From Octopus bimaculoides (lineage: Eukaryota): a DNA stretch of 61,422 bases. The position numbers were made by a program, and so were the translations under genes. A model generated the notes under the pieces. The model was given only the letters and a program-made list of their open reading frames with translations. It had not been told where the DNA came from and did no database searches. How positions within the stretch are numbered: position 1 is the stretch's first letter; every line of letters starts with the position of its first letter. Below are positions 1 through 12,050 of this stretch, one piece after another. The stretch spans positions 9,300,391 through 9,361,812 of the forward strand of contig NC_068981.1 of assembly GCF_001194135.2 (NCBI RefSeq). The letters run 5' to 3'.

Positions 1-15
1 TTATATATATAGATA

Positions 16-320
16 TCATCATCATCGTCGTTTAACGTCCGCTTTCCATGCTAGCATGGGTTGGACGATTTGACTGAGGACTGGTGAAACCGGATGGCAA
101 CACCAGGCTCCAATCTAATTTGGCAGAGTTTCTACAGCTGGATGCCCTTCCTAACGCCAACCACTCAGAGAGTGTAGTGGGTGCTTTTACGTGTCACCTG
201 CACGAAAACGGCCACGCTCGAAATGGTGTCTTTTATGTGCCACCCGCACAAGCCAGTCCAGGGGCACTGGCAACGATCTCACTCGAAAATCCTACGGGAG
301 CCAGTCAGGCGGTACTGGCA
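16..320 (-). mobile_element. 5'-truncated RTE LINE copy (3' UTR + GAT tail), young subfamily
   Basis: Reverse complement of the LINE 3' end seen at 55140-55310; nearly identical to 61195-61422 and 17366-17606. Confidence 0.85.
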
Positions 321-354
<34 letters not shown>

Positions 355-584
355 GGGGTGTATCGTTTTATTCTATTATTCCTATTACTAATTTTATGAG
401 CATTATCAGATGTGCAAAGCAATAAAATGGTTTTCCTTTGGACGTTTATTTTCATTATTCCTATCCTTATTCCTATTTCTGCTAGGCCTTTTGAAATAAC
501 TGCTATTGTTAGTAATGCCCATGTCATTAGAGCAACCATGGTCCACATTTTGTGCATAATACTTCTGGTTATACCCAGCTTTGC

Positions 585-727
585 TGATATATATAAATAT
601 ATACACATACACACATATATACAAACATATATACATACACACACACATATATATATAAACATACATATATATATACATTCGTGTACATATATACATATGC
701 ATACATTCATACACACATACATATATA
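585..727. repeat. Compound (TA)/(CA)/(TACA) microsatellite
   Basis: Direct reading; similar tracts occur at 321-354, 4030-4130, 32716-32755, 45908-45962 and 47920-48055. Confidence 0.9.
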
Positions 728-1997
728 CAGGGTGTGATGGGTAAATTGTCGCCGGTTTATATTTTTAATTTCATGCATGCACATTGCTTGTTTTTGATTT
801 TGTCAACTACACAGTATAGTAGGGTCAGCTGGGAACCATCTGTGAGAAAAACAGCACCATGATGCAATTCACTCTACCAGAAATCTGGAAACAACATGCT
901 GTACTTGTTGGCATTCATGCTGGAAGCTTTAATATGAACATTTCAGTGTTTGAGTGTCAATCTGAGGACAATGCAGAGGATCCAGAAAGAGTTGGATAGA
1001 TCTAATGATGATTACGAAGGTATGGCAGCTCAGAAAATTCAATCTGATCATTCTGATAAGAACTCGTGAATTTGTTGATGAGATCCAGGCCATGAATGAC
1101 AACGATCCCATTAAATCAATCAGGTCCATCACCAGGGACATGTTTCAGACAGGTAATGCATGAAGACATTCAGTATTCCTCATACAAGATGAGAAAGGGC
1201 CAATTTTTATCCCAAGCCATCAAGGACAAGAGGAAAGATCGCACTACAAAGCTTTTAAACAAACTCAAGCATCCCTTTTAACCGAACATATTTTGGTTTT
1301 TCTCAGACAAGAAAAACTTCTTCCAGGATCAGATGATTAACACACAGAATAACTGTTGCCTTGCCATATCCCAAAAAACATGTACCGAGAGTGATAGAAA
1401 TCAAACATCCAGTCGACATCATGGTGTTTGGAGTGATCATTAACAATGGCGACTTTATGCTTCCATTCATCTTCACACACGGCCTCAGACTCAACACAGA
1501 GGCCTACAGCAAGTGCCCGAAGGAGGTAGTGCTGCCCTGGGTGAACAGGGTGGCTGCTGGAAGACCCTATGTCTGGCAACAGGACTCTGCACCATGCCAC
1601 ACAAGCAGGAGAACCCAGTCATGGCTGTCAGATAATTTCTGTGACCACATCACCCCTAACATCTGGCCACCTAACTCCCCAGATGCCAACCCCCTTGATT
1701 ATTATGTGTGGGGCACAGTTGAGTGAGAGACCAACAAAACTCCAAAGACGAACTGAAGGCAAGGATTATGGCAGCATTCACCAACTTAAACAAGGAGACT
1801 GTCAGAAGAGTTGCAGGAGATTCTGAAGTCATCTGGAGGCTGTGGTTGAAGCCAATGGCGATTTTATTGAATAAATTTACTCTTGAGTATTTCAAGATAT
1901 TTTTATGTAATTTTGGTAAATATATCTGTTAAAATGAGATGTCAGTGTTATGTTCATTTTTGCGTAATTTAGACGACAGTTTATTCACCGCACTCTG
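728..1997 (+). mobile_element. Tc1/mariner maT (DD37D) element, full length but degenerate
   Basis: Imperfect TIRs (cagggtgtgatgggtaaattgtcg / cgacagtttattcaccgcactctg) flanked by TA. Transposase QQDSAPCH...WPPNSPDANPLDY has 37 residues between the 2nd and 3rd Asp. Frameshifts present. Confidence 0.9.
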
Positions 1998-2009
1998 TAT
2001 GTATGTGTG

Positions 2010-2285
2010 TATGTGTATTTATATATATATATATATGTATGCATACATGTTTATATCTATGTGTCTTTGTTTTGACCCCGTCATTGCTTGACAATAAGGG
2101 TGTCTTTGTTTTGCTTCAGTGCTTGTAACTGAGCAGTTCTGCAAGTGAGACTCACAGAAGAAGTACCAGGTTTTAAAAAATTAGGAAAGGACTTGGGTTT
2201 CTTTGCTTGACTAAAACCCTTCAAGGTGGTGCTCCAGTATGACTGCAGTCAAATGACTGAAACAAGTAAAAGATAAAAGATGATA
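2010..2285 (+). mobile_element. Degenerate tRNA-derived SINE (body and tail)
   Basis: Ends in cagtcaaatgactgaaacaagtaaaagataaaagat, the tail of the family at 49470-49870. Confidence 0.65.
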
Positions 2286-2371
2286 ATGAATGCTTCACTT
2301 GATGAACACAAATCAGAATGAGAAAAAATATACAATCTTTAGTGAAACGTTTCAGAAACAGAATACATTAC

Positions 2372-2430
2372 CATCATTATAAGTGCATGTCTCACGACCA
2401 TCTTCATCAAGTTTCCCTGGCAGATGGAGT
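2372..2430 (-). CDS. shq1: SHQ1 coding exon 3 (LHLPGKLDEDGRETCTYNDG)
   Basis: Acceptor tttcacAG (2432-2431). Phase 2 start completes the Arg codon from exon 2. Aligns to SHQ1 [23 protein letters not shown]. Donor G|GTAATG at 2371. The next exon was not found in the window. Confidence 0.9.
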
Positions 2431-4149
2431 CTGTGAAATGTTAAGAATTATAGTTTAGCAATGATATATCAAGAAAAATGAAACAAGGTCACATATTTAA
2501 AAGATATTAACCTCTTAGTATTACTTTGTCAAATGTAATGTTTATTTATTCACATTGTTTTCAACTAATCAATTTTCATCTTGTAGCTTTGAGATGTCAA
2601 TGATGTGACTGTGTATTTTCAAAATGACATCGTAGGGTAGGTGTGAAAGGCATGATCTGGCCAGTTTGAACATAAAACAAGTAGAATATTTGAGCCAGAT
2701 CTGGACAGATTAAATGTTAAACGATTGGTTTCAAATTTTTGCACAAGGCCAGCAATTTCAGTTAAGTCAATTACATCAAGCCCAATGCTTGACTGGTATT
2801 TTATTTTATCAATCCCAAAAGGATGAAAGGCAAAGTTGAGCCTGGTGTCATTTGAACTCAGAACATGAAGACATTAAAATACTCAAAATTGTCGATCTTC
2901 AGTATCCACTCAAATACTAGACTGGATCCATTGCATGGTTGTAATTATAGTATAACCTAAAGTGACACATTAATTGGTACATAAGTGTATATAATATATT
3001 ACAAAGTAGAATGTATGTGAAGCCACAGTGCTTGACCAGTTATCTCACAGCCATAAGTTCAACTTTCATCGAAGCCATTGTGTTGTCTTTAAAGTAAGGC
3101 ATGAAAAACCACAGTTCGCTCAGTTTGTTCTGACCAACATAAAACATAACTTCATTCTCATTACATGAAGCAGTTGGTTGTTTAATTAATCAGGTGGCAC
3201 AGGGAGGCACTCTCCTCCAAGGACTAGTGTGATGGTGTCATAGTTTACAAAACATAAAAGAAATTCACAGGAGACCATTTTTATTAATGAGTAAATAGGG
3301 AATAAATAAGGGAAGGTCTAGCTCTTTAATTCCAGTGAAAAGTTCGATAATTTTAACTGGTGTAAGAAGTTCTGGTAATTGTGAGAGAGATAGTGATGTT
3401 GTTGTTGTGACAATTGAAGTAAAGGCTATACAGGACCATTAAGTTCTTTCTATCTTCTTAGTCAGGAGGGAAAGCTGTACCCATGACCCTTCAAAGGGGC
3501 CCTAAGATTGGTAGGGAAAAGGGAGGGAGCTTTCCTCAAACCAGAGACCTAAGCTTGCGACAGTACACCCCACTGCACTAGTACCAAAGAGCCTGATGTG
3601 AGGATCAAACTTGGTGATGGACTAACTCTACTACCTAACCAGGCTATGATTGAACTTAGAACACAAACATCCAGAACAAATACTGTATCGTGTCCAGTTC
3701 TTGCAACCCACTAAAGGATGAGGGGCAAAGTTGGTGCAAAATAAACAATGTTTAAGGCCAAAGGGAAATGGAGAAGGTGGGAGCCAGAGATAATTGGTAA
3801 CCTAACCTAGAAAGTCACTTCAAGAATATACAGAATGGAAGGATGTGAGAAGACCAGGAGAAAGAGAGATAAAGAGGTAGCATGAGATAATCAGTAGGGA
3901 CCCAAGATATTTTAGGTTTAAAATGTCTTAATTTTTTTAATTATTTATAGGAAGCACACAAAGAAAATGCCTTCATTTAGAGACCCACACAAATGCAGAT
4001 ACATCCAAAAACAAGTACTTAGGAATATACATGCATACATAAATATACTGATGACATACATACATATGAACACTGATATACATATACACATACATACATA
4101 TGTATATACTGATACAAACATATACATAAATATACCAATATTCACATCA

Positions 4150-4290
4150 GCATATCTGAGTTCAAATTCTGCCGAGGTCGATTTTGCCTTTCATCTTTTC
4201 GGGGTCGATAAATTAAGTACCGGTTGTGTACTGGGGTTGATCTAATCGATTGCACCTGCTCCCCAAAAATTTCAGGCCTTGTGCCTAGAG
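4150..4290 (+). mobile_element. tRNA-SINE with Meta/Sauria-like central domain
   Basis: B-box-like gagttcaaattc followed by gaggtcgattttgcctttcatcttttcggggtcgataaattaagtacc. Degenerate opposite-strand copies at ~2745-2866 and ~34320-34410. Domain name is from recall. Confidence 0.65.
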
Positions 4291-4785
4291 TCATCATCGT
4301 TTAACATCCATTTTCCATGCTGGCATGGGTTGGATAGTTCGACTGAGGGTTGGTGAGCCAGAAGGCTGCATCAAGCTCCAATCTGATCTGGCAAAGTTTC
4401 TACAGCTGGATGCGCTTTCAAACGCCAACCACTCCAAGAATATAGTGGGTGCTTTTACATGCCACCAGCACGAAGGCCAGTCAGGCGGTACTGGCATCAG
4501 CCACACTCAAATGGTGCTTTTTACATGTAAAAAGGCATATAAAACACACCCACTACACTCTCAGAATGGTTGGCATTAGGAAGGGCATCCAGCAGTAGAA
4601 ACATTGCCAGATCAGATAGGAGCCTAGTGCAGCCTTCTGGCTCACCAGTCCTCAGGCAAACCGTCCAGCCCATGCCAGCATGGAAAGCAGACGTTAAACG
4701 ATGATGATGATGATGATGATGATGACACGAGGGCCAGTCAGGTGGTACTGGCATTGACCATGCTTCAATTGTGCTTTTTACGTAC
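4291..4785 (-). mobile_element. RTE 3' UTR copy interrupted by an opposite-strand copy of the same family (4528-4724, +)
   Basis: The minus copy stops at ttttacatg (4527) and resumes at acacgagggccagtcagg (4725). The insert ends in gttaaac(GAT)n. Confidence 0.8.
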
Positions 4786-5710
4786 CAGTTATCTTTCTTA
4801 TAAACCAGAATCACTTCAGTTGATTCCCATCCTTCATTCTTACATTGTCCTGCTTCATTCACGAATTACAGCAATCACCCCGACCTCCTATGTTACCAAA
4901 TTCTCTCTCTCTCCCTCTCTATCGGACCACTTCATAGGGACTGACCCCCATGACCGCTTCTTCCCTTTGCACTATATTATTATTATCTACACTCACTCTT
5001 TCAACCCACACTCCATCATCACTCTCTCTCTCTCTCTCCTGATGTTCAATCTACTGTACTGCCACTCAACACCTCCATCTCATATACATTCCTAATCCCT
5101 AGTCATCACCTACTCTCCATTACCTTCTGTCCAACTCGTTTTTATCAACACCTCTACCACCACCACCACCACCCTGGTTCATCATCTCACCACAACAAAG
5201 CATCATAGAATCTGACTTTCATCCTGAGAAGACATTGATAGATGACAGAGGTAAACAGCTCACTGGATTCCATCCTGACTGTAATTGCTTTCAAAACATC
5301 ACTTCCACAGAACTTTCTGAGTATTTCAAGAGAAATGCTTCTGGTAAGAATGGTTAAATGATATTCTGAAGATCTACCAAACATGAAAACAGAATCAAAT
5401 CAACGAAGAAGGCTCTACACCAATTTCCAACCTGCTTCTAGCAGTCAAGTCTCCCTTAAATTCCACTTTTCTGTCCTGGACGAAAGGCAGACCACATTAG
5501 ATAATGCAATCGTAGTTTTACCATCAGTAATGGTCATGGTTGGAATACCTTGATAATAGGTATTCTTCATACAGACTGACTAATTAGGATGTTGGTTGAT
5601 GGTGATGAAAATTGAAAAAAATTAATCAATAAAAGTTAACACATCTTAAAGTCCAAGAACTTGATAAAACTATTTCATGCAAACAGTTTCAAATAGATTT
5701 GATAACTTAC

Positions 5711-5778
5711 CGTAAATAATAGGGTGTGGAATAAAAGATGAACTCATCATCATCAATAAGAATTTCTGTGTCAGAAAT
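5711..5778 (-). CDS. shq1: SHQ1 coding exon 2 (ISDTEILIDDDEFIFYSTPYYLR)
   Basis: Long pyrimidine tract plus AG (5780-5779), phase 0 start. Aligns to SHQ1 [23 protein letters not shown]. Donor CG|GTAAGT at 5710. Confidence 0.92.
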
Positions 5779-6082
5779 CTGAGAAAGAAAGAGAAAACAG
5801 ACAAAAAAAGATTTCAATTCAAAACTGATAAATTCCTCACTGTAGAATATGATTTCCTCACACTTCCAACTTTGCTACTAAAGAGTAGCAACTATCCAGA
5901 AGAAATTGTGGGGCAACAGAGGAATTTGGCTCAGATTATGGAGTTTCACATATTTGTTCCAATTTGAATTTTGTTATCCTTCAAGGGTTGATTACACAAG
6001 CTATTTCAATCAATAACACATCCAGTTGAAAATTTAGGTCTCTTCTTACAAAGACAGCAGAAAGTTCCTTGACTTCTATACT

Positions 6083-6114
<32 letters not shown>

Positions 6115-6126
6115 TACATACATATA

Positions 6127-6540
6127 TATCATCATCATCATCACTTAACGTCCGCGTTCCATGCTGGCATGGGTTGGACGGTTTGACTGAGGACTAGCAA
6201 GCCAGGAGGCTGCACCAGGCTCCAATCTGATCTGGTAAAGTTTCTACTGCTGGATGCCCTTCCTAATGCCAACCACCCAAAGAGTGTAGTGGGTACTTTT
6301 TACGTGCCACCAGCACGAGTCTCAATCAGGCAGCACTGCCATCAAACACGCTCAAATTATGCTTTTTACATACTGCTGGCACAGGAGCCAGTCAGGTAGC
6401 ACTGACATCAGCCACGCTCAAATGGTGTTTTTTATGTGCCCCCAGCATGGATGTCAGCAGGGCTTTTTACGTGCCACCAGCACAGGCATTGGTCATGACT
6501 ACGATCTCACTTGATCTGCCGAGTCTTCTCAATTGCAGCA
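6127..6540 (-). mobile_element. RTE 3' UTR copy with ~65-nt repeats
   Basis: catcatc tail, conserved 3' end and several ggtgctttttacgtgccacc...agccagtc units. Confidence 0.8.
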
Positions 6541-6546
6541 TACCTC

Positions 6547-7185
6547 CAAAGAGAGACGACTGCGCGGGTATGGCCATGTGTTTACGTATGGATGAGGACA
6601 GTTGTGTAAAAAAAAGTGTCACACACACTAACAGTGCAACAAACCTGTGGCAGGCATAGACCCAGGAAAACCTGGGATGAGAGGGTGAAGCCCAACATTC
6701 CAAGGTCATGCTTCACCACCTCATCCCATGTCTTCCTGGGTCTACCTCTACCACAGGTTCCCTCTACTGTTAGGGTGTCACACTTCTTCACACAGCTGTC
6801 CTCATTCATACGCAACACATGGCCATACCAGCGCAGTCGTCTCTCTTGCACACCACATTTGATGCTTCTTATGTCCAACTTTTCTCTCAGGGCACTCACA
6901 CTTTGTCATATATGCACACTGACATTACACATTCACTGGAGCATACTGGCTTCATTTCTTTCAAGCCTACACATGTCCTCAGCAATCACAGCCCATGTTT
7001 CACTGCCGTGTAGCATGGTTGTTCACACACATGCATCATACAGTCTACCATTCACTCTGAACAAGAGGCCCTTTGTCACCAGCAGAGGTAGGAGCTCCCT
7101 GAATTTTGTCCAGGATATTGATTTTAGCAGCTATGCTCTCAGAGCATCCTCCCCCCGCTACTGACTTGGTCACCTAAGTAACAGA
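6547..7185 (-). mobile_element. RTE ORF2 C-terminal fragment with fold-back inverted duplication
   Basis: Translation LREKLDIRSIKCGVQERRLRWYGHVLRMNEDSCVKKC..RGRPRKTWDEVVKHDL. Arms 6547-6691 and 6710-6848 are inverted copies. Confidence 0.85.
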
Positions 7186-7359
7186 AGCTATCGACTATAT
7201 AATACAAAAAGAAAGACAAAGAAAAAACAAAGCAAGAGAAAGAGAAACAAAGAAAAGTTGGAAGAGATAGTTCACTGCCAGGTAGGAGATCTCTGAACTT
7301 ATTACATTATTATTTAAAAAGTACAATGACTGATAAAACAACAAATGCCAACAACTTAC

Positions 7360-7434
7360 CTTAGCAAGTACAGCATCAATTATAATGTGGAGGAAATCAT
7401 CATCTTGACTAAGTTCAAATCGCGGAGTCAACAT
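7360..7434 (-). CDS. shq1: SHQ1 homolog, first coding exon (MLTPRFELSQDDDFLHIIIDAVLAK)
   Basis: Matches the SHQ1 N-terminus (human [26 protein letters not shown], recalled). Ends AAG|GTAAGT with the donor at 7359. A candidate acceptor (ttcctcataacAG, 7448-7447) lies 12 nt before the ATG, implying an upstream UTR exon. Confidence 0.93.
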
Positions 7435-7984
7435 TATGCTTCTGTCCTGTTATGAGGAAGACACAGATAACCATTAAAAGGATGATGTCTAAACCGGCCA
7501 AATCGGGCCCAAAAATTCTACTTGTTTTAAGTACAACTGACCAGATCCAGCCTCTCACACCTATCCTACAATGTCATTCTAGAAATAAATTATTACATCA
7601 TCGAAATCTTGAAACTATGAGATAATGCAGGATTAATTAAAAACAATACGAAGAAGCATTACATTTGACAGAATAATTTGAATGCCAAAGGGTTAAATAT
7701 TAAAATATTTATCCAAATAAGAAACACATCAAATGTCTACCCTTATTATCCTTTTAACTTGTCTTATTATATTGCACATGTATGTGGTCTGAGCACCTAC
7801 CATAAATTAGGCCCAACTAATTACAGAAATCAGCTGGATTATTGTCTATCAAGTATTTTTGATGAGTTGTCAATAAATCAAAGGTGAACTTTTTATCTGC
7901 TGGATGATATCTTCTTAAATCATTATTATTATTTGATGAAAATTCTCAGCTTATTTTACTGGGTAAGATGGAAAGTGTCAGCTG

Positions 7985-8500
7985 CCCACAGCCAGCAAAC
8001 TAAAGTGACATTTGTTTACTGATCGTGCTTCAAGAACCCTGCAGAGAACTCTTGCAGTTCCAAGCAAGGATGATTTTCGTAGGTGTTCTATCTTTACATT
8101 TGCACCAATCTTTTTGAACCATGTTGGTAGTTGAATGCTGATACTTCCAATCATGCCACCTACTACTGGTATCACACCTCCACTCTCTTCATTGCCCACA
8201 ACCTACATATTTCCCACTTCAAGTCATCAAAGTTATTCATTTTTTCTTCTTCTTCTTTCTCTTTGATCCTGTTGTCCCCAAGACATGCTACGTCGATTAT
8301 CGTGCAAGTATTTTCCCTTTTGTTCACCACAACAATGTCAGGTCTGATCAGACGGTCACACTGAATCATTACATCCCACAGGATTTTCAAATTTTCATTC
8401 TCTGTAACTTCTTCTGGAGTTTGGTCACATCACATTTTTGCACTTTGTAGGCCATCATTTCCACGGAGCTCCCAATGGATCGTTTTTACCACATTGTCCT
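7985..8500 (-). mobile_element. R4/Dong-like (RLE-type) non-LTR retrotransposon 3' fragment
   Basis: KILWDVMIQCDRLIRPDIVVVNKRENTCTIIDVAC..KEKEEE..DLKWEICRLWAM + VIPVVGG..HLRKSSLLGTARVL, a restriction-like endonuclease (RPD..D..E.K) C-terminus; frameshifted. Confidence 0.82.
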
Positions 8501-8506
8501 ATCGTC

Positions 8507-9440
8507 ATCATCATCATTTAACGTCTGCTTTCCATGCTGGCATGGGTTGGACGGTTTGACTGAGGACTGGCGATCCAGATGGCTGCACCAGGCTCCAATC
8601 TGATCTGGCAGAGTTTCTACATCTGGATGCCCTTCCTAGTGCCAACCACTCCGAGAGTGTAGTGGGTGCTTTTACATGCCACTGGCATGAGGGCTAGTCA
8701 GGCAGGACTGGCAACAGCAATGCTCAAAAGGTGTTTTTTATGTGCCACCTGCACAGGAGCCAGTTCAGCAGCACTGGCAACGACCTTGCTCAAATGTTGT
8801 CTTTCACATCCCACCGACACAAGTGCCAGTAAGGTGATGCTGGTAATGATCACGCTTGAATGGTGCATTTTACATGCCACCAGCACGGGAGCCAGTCAGC
8901 GACCCTGCTCAGATGGTGCTCTTAACACTCCACTAGCACGGATGCCAGTCAAGCAGTGCTGTCATCAAATTTGATTTCGATTTCATATATATCATCATCA
9001 TTGTTTAACGTCTGCTTTCCATGCTAGCATGGGTTGGACGATTTGACTGAGGACTGGTGAAACCGGATGGCAACACCAGGCTCCAATCTAAATTTGGCAG
9101 AGTTTCCACAGCTGGATGCCCTTCCTAACGCCAACCACTCAGAGAGTGTAGTGGATGCTTTTATGTGCCACTGGAACAAGGGCCAGTCACACAATTCTGG
9201 CAATGACCACGCTCATAAGGTGTTTTTATGTGCTACCTGCACGGGAGCCAGTCCAGTGGCACTGGCAACGACCACACTGGAATGTTGTTTTTCACATGTC
9301 ACCGGCATGGGAGCCAGTCCGTGGCCCTGGCAACAATCACACTCGGATGTGGTTTTAACGTTCCACTGGCACAAGTGCCAATCAGGCAGTACTGTCATCA
9401 GCCGTGTCAGCGATTTTGCTTTGTTTATACTTGCCTCAAT
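8507..9440 (-). mobile_element. Two adjacent RTE 3' UTR copies (8507-8990; 8992-9440)
   Basis: Two catcatc tails, each followed by the conserved 3' end and 4-5 ~65-nt units. Confidence 0.8.
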
Positions 9441-9806
9441 AGGTCTTCGCAAGCAAAGTTCACTATCAATATTTTCTCTATCTTCCATGCTTATAGTTCT
9501 TTCTTTTGCCAGCTTGATACCAAAGCAAAGCTATCACCCATGTATTTACAGCTTGGATTTTTATTATTATTATTGTTGTTGTTGTTATTCGGTATTCAAT
9601 AGCTTCAGGCAAATTTCTACTGTATCACCTGCTACACCTCTGTGTTGCTGAGGTGTGTGTAGCATGTGTGTTCCTTTTTTTTTTTTTTTCATTGTTGGGG
9701 GAGTACAAACTCTTCTTTGTATTACATTGCATCAGTTTGTTTTGTTAGGGGCTTCAGCTGGAGCCTTTTGTGGTATTAGCATTTGTATTGTGTGTGTGTG
9801 TGTGTA

Positions 9807-10055
9807 ATGTGAGCCCATGTTTCACTGCCGTGTAGCATGACTGTCAACACACAGGCATCATACAATCTGTCTTTCACTCTGAGGGAGAGGCCCTTTGTTA
9901 CCAATATTCTTATTCTAGCAGCTATGCTCTCAGAGCATCCACCCCAGCGACTGACTTGGTCACCTAGGTAATAGAAGCTATCAACTACTTTCCCCCCTGG
10001 CATTTGATGGAGTCTATTTTCTGTACATTTTTGGTGCTTATTGTACCTGTACACC
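9807..10055 (-). mobile_element. RTE RT fragment
   Basis: VVDSFYYLGDQVSRWGGCSESIAARIRI..KGLSLRVKDRLYDACV..MLHGSETW. Confidence 0.8.
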
Positions 10056-10273
10056 TCTCACACACAAAAACTAATTTCACTATTAACCTTCCTCTGATAT
10101 TGCTGCACCTTTTATGTGTCCATAACTTACACCGGGTACATAAGGGATATCAGTTGGTCTGAGCATACTGCACCCACAATAACGGGCAATACAAAAATCA
10201 TGGGAAACTAAACAAGATCAATCAGCCATCCCCTGCATATCATCATCATCATCTGAAATACAGATACAAACTG

Positions 10274-10530
10274 TTGTCCTTCAATGCCTGTAATTTATAC
10301 AAGGTACATCTTTTTGACTCTTACATCAAAAGTATCAACCCAGATTTCATCACAGTCATGGAAACATGGGCACATTCTGCACTCTGTGATGGGGTTTTCA
10401 GTATAGCCAGCGACAACCTGTTCCGCAAAGGCCGCATTAATCACCATGGTCGGGGTGTGATGGTCTACGTTCGTTCAAACCTATCGGCAATTCGTTGTGA
10501 TGATTTGAACCAATCTCAACAGGAAGTATT
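10274..10530 (+). mobile_element. CR1/L2-type APE endonuclease remnant
   Basis: SFNAC..INPDFITVMETW..FRKGR...GRGVMVYVR, N-terminal APE motifs. Confidence 0.65.
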
Positions 10531-10799
10531 CTACTTGGAGTTGTTTACCGCCCCCCCCCCCCACAAATTATCATCAAGACACATAACTTTTTGATATCCT
10601 CAGAGTTGCTGCATGTATCTGACTCATACACTGTTCACTTTCCAGTCATTTGTACAATACTGCATATGCCTTATGCACACTTTTAACAAGTTGTAGTGAA
10701 CCTGAGCACTGTATACAATAATTTCATTATTATTATCTTATGGAATTTCTACCTATGCCTTTCCTACAGATCGAGCAGGGCCATCTACCTGAGGAGATT

Positions 10800-12050
10800 T
10801 GTGTTTGCTTTCCTACTTAATGACACTTTGATTTTAGCTAGGTTGAATCTAACGCCCTTCGATTCTAGGCCTCGCTTCCACACCTGAAACTTCTTCTCTA
10901 GTTCTGGTACTGATTCAACTATAAGAACAAGGTCATCAGCATAGAGGAGCTCCCAGGGACAGCCTTGTCTTAAATTCCTGTTATTGCCTTGGGAACTAAG
11001 CTGAACAAGAGGGGACTGAGGACTGATCCTTGGTGAACCCCTACCCCTACCCAGAATTCTTTGCCATACTTGTTGCCAACCCTCGCCTTACTGACAGCAT
11101 CTCCATATAAGGCTTGTACAGCTCCCACCAACCACTCATCTATCCCTAGTTTCTGCACTAACCACCAGATAAGGGAGCAGGGACCCTGTCGAAGGCTTTC
11201 TCCATGTAAAGGACAGCCAAGAGGTTTATCGTTGACTACTTCTGCAGCTTCCTTACCTGAAATATAGCATCAGTGGTGCTTTTCCCTGGCACAAACCCAA
11301 ACTGCAACTCATCTAAACTAACTCTCTCCCTAATTAGTTGGGCTATAACCCTCTCCATGACTTTCATCAACTGATCCAACAATTTGATACTTCTGTAATT
11401 ATTTCCATCTAAGATGTCTCCTTTACCTTTGCAGCAATTGACTATGGTGCTGCTACACCAGTCATTAGGTATGATTCCTTTGTGTACCACCTGGTTAACT
11501 ATACAGGTGACTAGACCATAACCTACACTGCCAAATATTTTAAGCATCTCAAATGTGATTCCCGAAGGGCTGGGGGATTTTCCTATCTTCCTATTCCTAA
11601 TTGCTTTATTTATTAAGCTACGGTCAATTCGAGTAGCTGGTCCCTCAGTTGGGCTAACATTTGGCAGACTCTCCTCCCATTCTTTCTCTTCGTTTAGCAG
11701 CATTTCATAATGGTATTTCCAAGCCTCTTTCTCTGCAGAATCATTAAATGCAAGGGAATCATCATCCATGCAGACATATTTCTCTCCTTTGGCATCACGA
11801 TTTTCTCTCACACATTGTCTTGCAATCCAAAACACTTTAAGTGTTTGATCCTCACGTCACAGAACATTGGCAAACTTCTTTTCTGCTACTTCTCTGGTTA
11901 ACTATACCTACCTCCTAGCTTCCTTTCTGGCTATCTGACACAATTCCCTGCTATCCCCACACTTCCTGTCCTTCCAGACCTGTTTCTTTGCCCTAATGGC
12001 CTTGTCTACAGCATCATTCAACCACATCACCCTCAGTCTAGATGGGACTT
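10800..12050 (-). mobile_element. RTE RT-domain fragment
   Basis: KSPSPSGITFEMLK..IPNDWCSSTIVNCCKGKGD..NYRSIKLLDQLMKVMERV..QFGFVPGKSTTDAIF and GVHQGSVLSPLLF; frameshifted. Confidence 0.88.

Noticed and set aside
84-425. Recurrent ORFs such as MKPDGNTRLQSNLAEFLQLDALPNANHSESVVGAF
   Set aside because: Antisense translations of the non-coding LINE 3' UTR; frames differ and break between copies.
279-744. Y/I/C/V/H-rich ORFs
   Set aside because: Translations of TA/CA microsatellites; no SHQ1 exon 4 could be found here.
5180-6060. Extra shq1 exons in ORF 5187-5384 and neighbouring sequence
   Set aside because: No SHQ1 similarity; exons 1-3 already join in frame. The flanks look like highly decayed retroelement sequence that I could not classify.
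8640-9420. CRISPR-like array (palindromic ~36-nt repeat with ~28-nt intervals)
   Set aside because: The intervals are homologous to each other rather than unique spacers, there are no cas genes, and the array is part of a LINE 3' UTR dispersed through a eukaryotic genome.
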